Shown here one piece after another: positions 1-6,549 of a stretch of DNA of 64,000 nucleotides. Source of the DNA: an uncultured virus (IMG/VR IMGVR_UViG_3300036985_007154) (lineage: Duplodnaviria > Heunggongvirae > Uroviricota > Caudoviricetes); IMG/VR virus record IMGVR_UViG_3300036985_007154; one strand, 5' to 3'. The position numbers were made by a program, and so were the translations under genes. Below the pieces are notes generated by a model, which saw nothing but the letters and a program-made list of their open reading frames with translations, was not told where the DNA came from and ran no database searches. Each line of letters starts with the position of its first letter. The stretch's first letter is position 1.

Positions 1-2
1 GA

Positions 3-293
3 GCATTTCCAAATGACCCAAAAATTAGTGATGAAGGATGGTTACTTGGTAGGTTTGGTGGTAAATCAATTTCTGATAAGGCTAACAAAGTTAAAGAAAA
101 GAAATACGAAGGAAAGAAATTACCTTCAACATCAAACAAAAGATGTTCAATAGATGGTGTTGAATTTGAATCGGCTAAAGCGGCTGCGGACTTTCTTAAT
201 ATAAATGAATTTTCTATTAGATGGATATTACAGGGTAGAGGTCGGTCAGTGAAACATAAAGAAAAATACAAAAATTGGTATTATATAAATTAA
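3..293 (+). CDS. C-terminal fragment of a probable homing endonuclease (NUMOD1/HTH-like DNA-binding end); 5'-truncated by the window
   Basis: Frame 3 is open from the window start to TAA 291-293; ...CSIDGVEFESAKAAADFLNINEFSIRWIL... resembles NUMOD1-type C-termini. Confidence 0.55.
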   Translation, partial: AFPNDPKISDEGWLLGRFGGKSISDKANKVKEKKYEGKKLPSTSNKRCSIDGVEFESAKAAADFLNINEFSIRWILQGRGRSVKHKEKYKNWYYIN

Positions 294-306
294 AAAAATA
301 AAAACT

Positions 307-543
307 ATGGAAAATTACAAAGCGGATTACTACAATCCAGAAACATTTGAAAAATCAGAAATTGAAACTAAAATACCTGTTGATTTAGTTAAGAAAGTAC
401 ATCAAGACTTAGAGTGTCTAAGAGGTTATTTAGTGACACCTACCTTGATTAACCCAGACGATAAGGACTCTGTTGTGTTTGGTATTATGGATATGAACGA
501 CAAAACATTGAAATATAAGGTAACAATCTCACCTAACAATTAA
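307..543 (+). CDS. hypothetical protein (78 aa)
   Basis: ORF with A-rich upstream region. Confidence 0.7.
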   Translation: MENYKADYYNPETFEKSEIETKIPVDLVKKVHQDLECLRGYLVTPTLINPDDKDSVVFGIMDMNDKTLKYKVTISPNN

Positions 544-552
544 ATTGTAATA

Positions 553-681
553 ATGAAGATATACTCCATCGTAGAGTTGATGGAGAGGGCATATAAAGTT
601 TCTCATTTCAGCAGAACAGATGCAGACAAGATTATGGCGGAAGCCGAAGAAGTTGGCAAAAAAATTGATTTATTGAAGTAA
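553..681 (+). CDS. small hypothetical protein (42 aa)
   Basis: Manually read ORF MKIYSIVELMERAYK...KIDLLK filling the gap before tRNA-Arg. Confidence 0.5.
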   Translation: MKIYSIVELMERAYKVSHFSRTDADKIMAEAEEVGKKIDLLK

Positions 682-689
682 TTCAATTT

Positions 690-763
690 GTCTCCGTAGC
701 TCAGCTGGATAGAGTCACGCACTTCTAATGCGTAGGTCACACGTTCGAATCGTGTCGGGGATA
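690..763 (+). tRNA. tRNA-Arg(UCU)
   Basis: Cloverleaf: acceptor GTCTCCG/CGGGGAT, anticodon arm ACGCA-CTTCTAA-TGCGT, T-loop TTCGAAT. Confidence 0.93.
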
Positions 764-796
764 CAAAAAAATATTTTACAAAATAAAAATATTTCT

Positions 797-815
797 TACC
801 TTTGAAGTAATTATA
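797..815 (+). promoter_or_regulatory. Bacteroidetes-type -7 element (TACCTTTG) plus a late-motif variant (TAATTATA) upstream of the leader ORF
   Basis: Matches the TAnnTTTG consensus at 797-804. Confidence 0.5.
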
Positions 816-821
816 GAAACA

Positions 822-914
822 ATGAGAACTACAGGTCAACATATTAACAGTAATATTCAACAAGAGAATTGTTGGTATGAAAGTATTTGCCCATGTAGTT
901 CGGAAGTCATATAA
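822..914 (+). CDS. putative attenuator leader peptide (30 aa, MRTTGQHINSNIQQENCWYESICPCSSEVI)
   Basis: Short ORF followed by a terminator; its 3' end (AGTTCGG, 897-903) is complementary to the terminator 5' arm. Confidence 0.55.
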   Translation: MRTTGQHINSNIQQENCWYESICPCSSEVI

Positions 915-948
915 GAAAATTTTTTTTACAAGTAAAAACTAATTTTTC

Positions 949-985
949 AAACCCCGAACTCTTAAAAAAAGTTTGGGGTTTTTTT
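949..985 (+). terminator. intrinsic terminator, probably a regulated attenuator
   Basis: Stem AAACCCCGAACT/AGTTTGGGGTTT followed by a T-tract. Confidence 0.8.
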
Positions 986-1016
986 ATGACTTCTTTTGTT
1001 CTTTGAAATATTGTAG

Positions 1017-1024
1017 TATCTTTG
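1017..1024 (+). promoter_or_regulatory. Bacteroidetes-type -7 promoter element upstream of tRNA-Glu
   Basis: TATCTTTG with TTTG about 20 nt upstream. Confidence 0.55.
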
Positions 1025-1036
1025 TAAGACAAACAA

Positions 1037-1113
1037 GCTCCGGTCGTCTAATTGGTTAGGACATCCCCCTTTCACGGGGAAGCTTACGGGTTCGAGTCCC
1101 GTCCGGAGTACCA
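1037..1113 (+). tRNA. tRNA-Glu(UUC), CCA encoded
   Basis: Acceptor GCTCCGG/CCGGAGT, arm TCCCC-CTTTCAC-GGGGA, T-loop TTCGAGT, 3' ACCA. Confidence 0.95.
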
Positions 1114-1123
1114 GTCACTTTAT

Positions 1124-1240
1124 AGTCAGGTGGTGGAATTGGTAGACACGGAGTTTAGCGTTACTGACATAGATAGGTAACTGGTCACGCAGCGAGATAG
1201 CGTACTCTTTCTATTACAGGTTCGAATCCTGTCCTGACCA
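1124..1240 (+). ncRNA. tRNA-like RNA with the anticodon loop replaced by a ~50-nt two-hairpin insert
   Basis: Acceptor GTCAGG/CCTGAC, Leu-like D-arm GGTGGAATTGGTAGACAC, perfect T-arm ACAGG-TTCGAAT-CCTGT; no 7-nt anticodon loop. Confidence 0.75.
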
Positions 1241-1306
1241 CGCAAAAAACAAATAAGATGGAGTTTCTTTACCCCGTTAGGGATGAGTTTTAGAAATCTA
1301 AAAATT

Positions 1307-1374
1307 AGTCAGGTGGTGTAAATGGCAGCACGCGGTGATTAACTGAAGAGCGGGTTAGAAACCCGTCCTGACAC
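1307..1374 (+). ncRNA. tRNA-like RNA with a shrunken anticodon arm
   Basis: Acceptor GTCAGG/CCTGAC, D-arm GTGT..GCAC, short stem CGGT-GATTA-ACTG, T-arm GCGGG-TTAGAAA-CCCGT. Confidence 0.65.
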
Positions 1375-1383
1375 CTTAACAAT

Positions 1384-1457
1384 GGTCAGATACCCAAGTG
1401 GCTTAAGGGGCTTGTCTGCAAAACAAGTATCCATCGGTTCGAATCCGATTCTGACCT
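1384..1457 (+). tRNA. tRNA-Cys(GCA)
   Basis: Acceptor GGTCAGA/TCTGACC, arm CTTGT-CTGCAAA-ACAAG, U73 discriminator. Confidence 0.95.
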
Positions 1458-1483
1458 CATTAACAAATAAATAAAAAAAAATT

Positions 1484-1792
1484 ATGAAACCAAGATTATC
1501 TAAAGATCAGAAAAAACAAAAAATGGTTATCGATTTGATAAACAAGATGTTCGAAATTGCTGGTCATCCTGTGACCTATGACGATATCAAGGACCGTAAG
1601 GATAGTTGGTATACTGATTGGACTATGACCATGGAACAAAACGACGAATGGAAAAAATGGGGTAAAAAATACCTTATGAAAGAACTTCGTATGTATGCTA
1701 AAATGGCTGAAAAAGAAATGTCGATGATTTCTTTGATGTGGGGACTAAAATTTAGTAACTTTGAACTCAATACTGTAGAAGATGACATTTAG
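1484..1792 (+). CDS. hypothetical protein (102 aa)
   Basis: ORF inside the tRNA cluster. Confidence 0.75.
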   Translation: MKPRLSKDQKKQKMVIDLINKMFEIAGHPVTYDDIKDRKDSWYTDWTMTMEQNDEWKKWGKKYLMKELRMYAKMAEKEMSMISLMWGLKFSNFELNTVEDDI

Positions 1793-1828
1793 TGAATTAG
1801 AATTAGAAACTTTAACCTACGAAACGAA

Positions 1829-2245
1829 ATGAAAATAGTAATTGTAAGCGGATATTTTAATCCTGTTCATAAAGGACATATTGAATATTTCAATAAATCC
1901 AAAGAACATGGTGATAAACTCTATGTGATTGTCAACAACGACAAACAGAGAGAGTTGAAAGGTAGTAAAGAGTTCCAAGATGAAGATGAAAGAATGTTTA
2001 TCATCCAAAACCTGAAAATGGTTGATAGAGTATTTCTATCAGTTGACACAGATAGAACTGTGTGTAATACAATCAGTATGATTCATTCTTTGGGGGATAG
2101 AGAGGACGAATTCCTATTCGCCAATGGTGGAGACCAAAACAATAATAGCATCCCTGAGACACCCATATGTGATTGGTTGGGGATTAAGTTGATTGATGGA
2201 CTTGGAGATAAAATCCAATCTTCGTCTTGGTTATTGAAGAAATAA
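1829..2245 (+). CDS. cytidylyltransferase-like protein (TagD/RibL/RfaE-II type, HIGH superfamily)
   Basis: SGYFNPVHKGH HIGH motif, FANGGD, C-terminal KIQSSSWLL. Confidence 0.9.
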   Translation: MKIVIVSGYFNPVHKGHIEYFNKSKEHGDKLYVIVNNDKQRELKGSKEFQDEDERMFIIQNLKMVDRVFLSVDTDRTVCNTISMIHSLGDREDEFLFANGGDQNNNSIPETPICDWLGIKLIDGLGDKIQSSSWLLKK

Positions 2246-2316
2246 GCATCTATGGTGAAATGGCATCATCCCGGTCTCCAAAACCGTTGTTCCAAGTTCG
2301 AGTCTTGGTGGATGTG
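2246..2316 (+). tRNA. tRNA-Trp(CCA)
   Basis: Acceptor GCATCTA/TGGATGT, loop CTCCAAA, T-arm CCAAG-TTCGAGT-CTTGG. Confidence 0.92.
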
Positions 2317-2328
2317 CAAAAGATATAT

Positions 2329-2461
2329 AGGTTGATTGGGGAATGATGATGTGAAGTAGTTGGTAGTTGTATAATAATAACATCGTCGGAGTTTGAACTA
2401 CCATAGTAATGCCAATCGTAAAAGGAGATGTCCACTGAACCATCTTCTCCTTTCCTAACCT
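2329..2461 (+). ncRNA. candidate structured (pseudoknotted) ncRNA between tRNA-Trp and tRNA-Tyr
   Basis: Five complementary helices, including crossing stems GATGATGT/ACATCGTC and TGGTAGTT/AACTACCA. Confidence 0.5.
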
Positions 2462-2462
2462 T

Positions 2463-2544
2463 GGGATCGTCGCATAGCGGCAATTGCTGGAGACTGTAAA
2501 TCTCCTCTCTTCGGAGTTCATAGGTTCGAGTCCTATCGGTCCCA
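2463..2544 (+). tRNA. tRNA-Tyr(GUA)
   Basis: Acceptor GGGATCG/CGGTCCC, arm GGAGA-CTGTAAA-TCTCC, long variable arm with a TTCG loop. Confidence 0.95.
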
Positions 2545-2549
2545 CATTT

Positions 2550-2620
2550 TGTCTTATGGTGTAACGGTAACACAATTGATTTTGGTTCAGTTATTTCAGG
2601 TTCGAATCCTGATGAGACAT
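2550..2620 (+). tRNA. tRNA-Gln(UUG)
   Basis: Acceptor TGTCTTA/TGAGACA (U1-A72), loop TTTTGGT, T-arm TCAGG-TTCGAAT-CCTGA. Confidence 0.92.
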
Positions 2621-2673
2621 CAAGTTATTCATGTTCCAAAACATTAAAAAAAAGTAAGTTTTGGAACATCAAT

Positions 2674-2758
2674 AGAGAGTTGCCTGAGTGGTTAAAGGAG
2701 CAGATTGCTAATCTGTCATCTCGAAAGGGATGCATTGGTTCGAATCCAATACTCTCTG
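2674..2758 (+). tRNA. tRNA-Ser(GCU)
   Basis: Acceptor AGAGAGT/ACTCTCT, arm GCAGA-TTGCTAA-TCTGT, long variable arm, G73. Confidence 0.95.
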
Positions 2759-2834
2759 CAATAACATTCTATGACGAAGGAACTCGATTGGGAACTGGAA
2801 GTGAGGGCACAATGCACATAGAATGTTATTTTAT

Positions 2835-2985
2835 TGTAAGGTGATGAAATTGGCAGACGTGCCCTCCTGTCTCGGGGGTGGGGATAAAGAAATAGATAAG
2901 TAATATGAGGGGGTAGACCACCAGCCGGCCGGCGATATGTTATTTGTTGAATCTCCTCGTGGTGGTTCGAATCCATCTCTTACAG
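2835..2985 (+). tRNA. tRNA-Asp(GUC)-like RNA with an ~80-nt variable region
   Basis: Acceptor TGTAAGG/TCTTACA plus G73, class II-like D-arm, arm CCCTC-CTGTCTC-GGGGG, T-arm GGTGG-TTCGAAT-CCATC; 151 nt in total. Confidence 0.7.
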
Positions 2986-2990
2986 CACAA

Positions 2991-3064
2991 TGGAATATAG
3001 CTCAGTTGGTTAGAGCGCTATCCTGATACGGTAGATGTCGATGGTTCGAGTCCATCTATTCCAA
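2991..3064 (+). tRNA. tRNA-Ile(GAU)
   Basis: Acceptor TGGAATA/TATTCCA, arm CTATC-CTGATAC-GGTAG. Confidence 0.93.
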
Positions 3065-3065
3065 C

Positions 3066-3404
3066 ATGGAAATTGAAATAAAAAGGAAGGTTAGCAACAA
3101 AGCTAAATTCAACAAGATTGTAAAAGAATATAAGGACGCAAGTTCTTACGAGATTTGGGAGGGAGTTCGGGATAATTTTATCTTTGGATTCATTGCGGCA
3201 ACTTTAGTTGTTTTCATCGCAACTAAAACTGATTTGGCGGTTTTAATAGGTTATTTGACTTATTATTTCTTTATGGGTAAAATTGTAAATCGTCCCAAAT
3301 ATGTCACTGATTTGGGAAAATTAATTGTATTTCCGATACCATCTACACTTGGTGCATTTGCGGGATACAAACTATCTTATTACTTGATTCAAGTATTAAG
3401 TTAA
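3066..3404 (+). CDS. membrane protein (about 3 TM segments)
   Basis: Three hydrophobic stretches. Confidence 0.75.
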   Translation: MEIEIKRKVSNKAKFNKIVKEYKDASSYEIWEGVRDNFIFGFIAATLVVFIATKTDLAVLIGYLTYYFFMGKIVNRPKYVTDLGKLIVFPIPSTLGAFAGYKLSYYLIQVLS

Positions 3405-3491
3405 AAAAAAACTAAAAAATTTGACTACTCCGTAGAAATTTCATATATTTATAGTTCGTAAATTAAATAAAAAACAAAAAACAAAAAAAAA

Positions 3492-3689
3492 ATGAAAAAA
3501 ATTTTAGTAGTATTCACAATCCTTTCTACCATGATTCTCGCATCTTGTGGAGGTAAAGCAGTTGAATCAGTTGTAACTGATTCCACAGCAGTAGTTGTCG
3601 ACACAACTGTAGTTGAAGGAACAGAAGTTGTTGGTGGTGGAGCAGAAGTTGTAGAAGTTGAAGCCGCTCAAGGTGAGGCAATAAAGTAA
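3492..3689 (+). CDS. small lipoprotein
   Basis: Signal peptide with lipobox LASC; V/E/T-rich mature part; TATTTATA upstream. Confidence 0.8.
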   Translation: MKKILVVFTILSTMILASCGGKAVESVVTDSTAVVVDTTVVEGTEVVGGGAEVVEVEAAQGEAIK

Positions 3690-3702
3690 TCTCAACTTAA
3701 TC

Positions 3703-3736
3703 AAAAAAAAGAACCCACCTTATGGTGGGTTTTTTT
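3703..3736. terminator. bidirectional intrinsic terminator
   Basis: Stem AACCCACC/GGTGGGTT flanked by A- and T-tracts, between convergent genes. Confidence 0.8.
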
Positions 3737-4964
3737 ATAACATCTTTTTTATTCTTTCTATATTTTCATTTACTTTTTTTCGATTAAACGGGTCTTTCAA
3801 AAAGTTCAACACAAATGGGTCAACCTGTTTTTTGTCGGCAACACCACCGTATCGTTTTTCCGTTCTATTTCCTTCTTTATCGTATTTATCTTGAAAAATT
3901 TTTAATGGAGCCCCTATTAATGCTGCCATAAATGGATCCCAATATTCAGGGTCTGACGACTTTTTCTTTTTTTCTGTGTCTGTGTCTGTCTCTTTTTTTC
4001 CTGCTGGTAAACTTGTATCCGTTATAGGTATTTTAGACCATGTGTGGTCAAACATATTAACTTCAACATCAGTGTCTGTTCTACCCAATAAATCGCCTGG
4101 ACTCACCCTATCACCGTTTGATAATGAAGGACTTGATATTCCACAGTATTGTAAATACGTGGTCCCATTATCATTATTTTCAATTGTTAATTGATTAACA
4201 CAACCTGAGAAAAATTTAGAGTTATTGATTTTACCTGAGATTGGAGATTTGATTTTTGGATTATCATCTTTAGGAAGTATAATTCTACCATATCGGTTTG
4301 AACTGTTTTTCCCTAAGGACCTGCTTTCGTTGATACCTTCAATACTTTTTACTGAACCCGCAATACGTGCATATTGAGGTCTTGGAGATGACTTAATGTC
4401 TTCCTTTCCAGTTGCGTAATTATAAGCATCTTCTGATGAGTTAGTCGAATCTATTGTTTGGTCAACAGTGTAATTACCACCTGAGTATTTTTGAATTACC
4501 CACTTCATGAGTTCAGTGATAGTATCTTGGTTTCCACTGATATCTACACCAGCACCAACAGGAGGTTCACCTTCAAATGTTTTATAATGAAAACTATTGT
4601 TTGTATGAACATTGTCTACCTTTCCATTAGGGTCCTTTTTGGCATAAGGATTCTCAGTTGTTGTAAGTCCCATTTCGTGGGCCTTATCTATGACATCCAT
4701 TGCAACCTCACGGTTTGTAAATCCAATATGAAGATGGTTGTCGTGATTACCCCAAGTTATTCCATCCACCTTTCTACCTCCGTCAAATCCGAAACCTATA
4801 GGTCCCCCTTTTTTTGTTGCGGGATTGTAGACTAATTCGTCAATACCCGAAATATCGGCTTCACTGACAGATGATTTAGTACTATTGGAAGTAAATTCTT
4901 TAATAGAATTTTTCGTTGATTTTATCTCTTCAAATAGTCTTGTAATATTTTTTTCGATACTCAT
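3735..4964 (-). CDS. probable virion protein with a Zn-peptidase (M15-like) region and a degenerate M23-like domain
   Basis: HDNHLHIG and SFHY...AGVDI motifs; IKSPISGKI...GDRVSPGDLLG; start chosen at the ATG 4 nt after TATTTATT. Confidence 0.6.
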   Translation of the reverse strand: MSIEKNITRLFEEIKSTKNSIKEFTSNSTKSSVSEADISGIDELVYNPATKKGGPIGFGFDGGRKVDGITWGNHDNHLHIGFTNREVAMDVIDKAHEMGLTTTENPYAKKDPNGKVDNVHTNNSFHYKTFEGEPPVGAGVDISGNQDTITELMKWVIQKYSGGNYTVDQTIDSTNSSEDAYNYATGKEDIKSSPRPQYARIAGSVKSIEGINESRSLGKNSSNRYGRIILPKDDNPKIKSPISGKINNSKFFSGCVNQLTIENNDNGTTYLQYCGISSPSLSNGDRVSPGDLLGRTDTDVEVNMFDHTWSKIPITDTSLPAGKKETDTDTEKKKKSSDPEYWDPFMAALIGAPLKIFQDKYDKEGNRTEKRYGGVADKKQVDPFVLNFLKDPFNRKKVNENIERIKKML

Positions 4965-5001
4965 ATTCAATAAATATCAAAGACAAAAAAAAAGACTGAA
5001 T

Positions 5002-5325
5002 CTATTCAGTCTTCTTGGTATAAACTAATCTTTTTGGTCCCGTAGTTGTTACAGTTTCCGAAACTCCATTTGACATCGTATCCATAATACGTAAATCAGG
5101 TTTAATTGGATCTTCAACTTTTGTAACACCAAATTTTATAAACTTATACCAAATTCGTTCATGTATGAAATACTGAATAGGTTTCCAAACTAATTCAATA
5201 ATGCCAAATGCCGCACCAACTTTGACTGATCCAGTTACTAACCAAATTGTTAAAAATCCTATACCCGTACTTATGATTCGGTAGGTAATTGTTTTGGCTA
5301 TATGTCTTTTTGAAGAAACTTTCAT
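5002..5325 (-). CDS. DUF2061-type membrane protein
   Basis: RHIAKTITYRII...YFIHERIW signature. Confidence 0.8.
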   Translation of the reverse strand: MKVSSKRHIAKTITYRIISTGIGFLTIWLVTGSVKVGAAFGIIELVWKPIQYFIHERIWYKFIKFGVTKVEDPIKPDLRIMDTMSNGVSETVTTTGPKRLVYTKKTE

Positions 5326-5329
5326 ATTA

Positions 5330-5524
5330 TTAATTATTATCAAAGTTAGTTTTGTTTAATTCTTTTATGGTAATTTCATTGTGTTTCCACCTTTTCCAAG
5401 TTTCAAAATCTTTCAAAGATTCAAGTGTTTTTTCATGAACCAAAATAAAACCTTCGGGAGCGACTCCACCGAATTTACGAACTTCACCTTCTTCTTCCAA
5501 TATTTTTTTAATGTTAACTAGCAT
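5330..5524 (-). CDS. hypothetical protein (64 aa)
   Basis: ORF coupled to its neighbours. Confidence 0.65.
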   Translation of the reverse strand: MLVNIKKILEEEGEVRKFGGVAPEGFILVHEKTLESLKDFETWKRWKHNEITIKELNKTNFDNN

Positions 5525-6123
5525 GATAAATGTTTTATTATTTTTTGTTTAATACCACTTTGTTTTATTCCTTCCCAATCTCTCGGTGTCCATACGAAGT
5601 GTTCTAACCCCCAATCTCTGTCGAATGGACCATAAGAGCTGTTTGCGACATGAATACCCATGTGAAGGTCATCAATGGCAACCCAATGTGTAATTTCGGG
5701 ATGTGATTTTAGATAATCTTTAATTTCGAAGTGTCTTTCTTGTTCTCGACCATCGGTCCTATTCCAATCAAAATCAGACGGAACACGACCTTCATCTAAC
5801 CAATTTGTGTAATGGAATACTTCGGTGAATCCGATTGGTTTTTTGATGATACCTTGAGATGTGTAGTATTCCCCTAATTCTTCCAAATTAGCGTGTAATC
5901 TCCAATCGGAACTAACTACGATTTCAGCGCCTGTGGTTTCTAATATTTGATTTAGAACTTTTACCGCCTTTTTATCAAAATTATCAAAACGACATTCAAC
6001 AGGAATTGATGTTATATCCATAGACAATTTTTTCCCACCCCACTTATCTTGTTTTTTGTGGCGGGAACCCCAATTACTACTGAGGCAAATTACTCCATCA
6101 TTATCCAAAAATAAAATTCGCAT
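5518..6123 (-). CDS. HAD-family phosphatase (Swiss-Army-Knife RNA-repair-like HAD domain)
   Basis: LFLDNDGV, VVSSDWR, WVAIDD motifs. Confidence 0.85.
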   Translation of the reverse strand: MRILFLDNDGVICLSSNWGSRHKKQDKWGGKKLSMDITSIPVECRFDNFDKKAVKVLNQILETTGAEIVVSSDWRLHANLEELGEYYTSQGIIKKPIGFTEVFHYTNWLDEGRVPSDFDWNRTDGREQERHFEIKDYLKSHPEITHWVAIDDLHMGIHVANSSYGPFDRDWGLEHFVWTPRDWEGIKQSGIKQKIIKHLSC

Positions 6124-6160
6124 TTGTATTATTTTAAGTATTCTTTTTTAATATATTGTT

Positions 6161-6508
6161 TTATTTCCAAAATATTTGTATTGCGACAATCGTGAACGCA
6201 AGAATTAAACTTATAACCGTTTTGAGGTTCAGGTGTTCTTGAAAAAGAACTGAAGACAATATTGTGAATATTACAACACCTAATCCAAACCCAATCAATC
6301 TGCTAGGCCAAATCTGACCTCCAAATCCTTGTACGTAAAGATTTACGGATTTGATGTATAGCCAACTAATTGGGATACCTGACAACAAAAGTAACCAAAG
6401 GTATTTTTCTGACCAACCATATTTGATTGAACCTTGAAGTTGCATAAAAGACCCAATTTGACCTAAAATCATTAGTAGGGTGGCAAGAAGTATTTTGGTG
6501 ATATCCAT
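6161..6508 (-). CDS. small multi-TM membrane protein (DMT/SMR-like)
   Basis: Four hydrophobic helices; start chosen at MDITK. Confidence 0.7.
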   Translation of the reverse strand: MDITKILLATLLMILGQIGSFMQLQGSIKYGWSEKYLWLLLLSGIPISWLYIKSVNLYVQGFGGQIWPSRLIGFGLGVVIFTILSSVLFQEHLNLKTVISLILAFTIVAIQIFWK

Positions 6509-6549
6509 TTTGTAAATATAAAAAAAATCCTCCAGATATTCGAGGGATT

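Noticed and set aside
2231..2976. Minus-strand ORFs 2231-2575, 2250-2573 and 2716-2976, plus 603-863
   Set aside because: They are antisense shadows of tRNA genes
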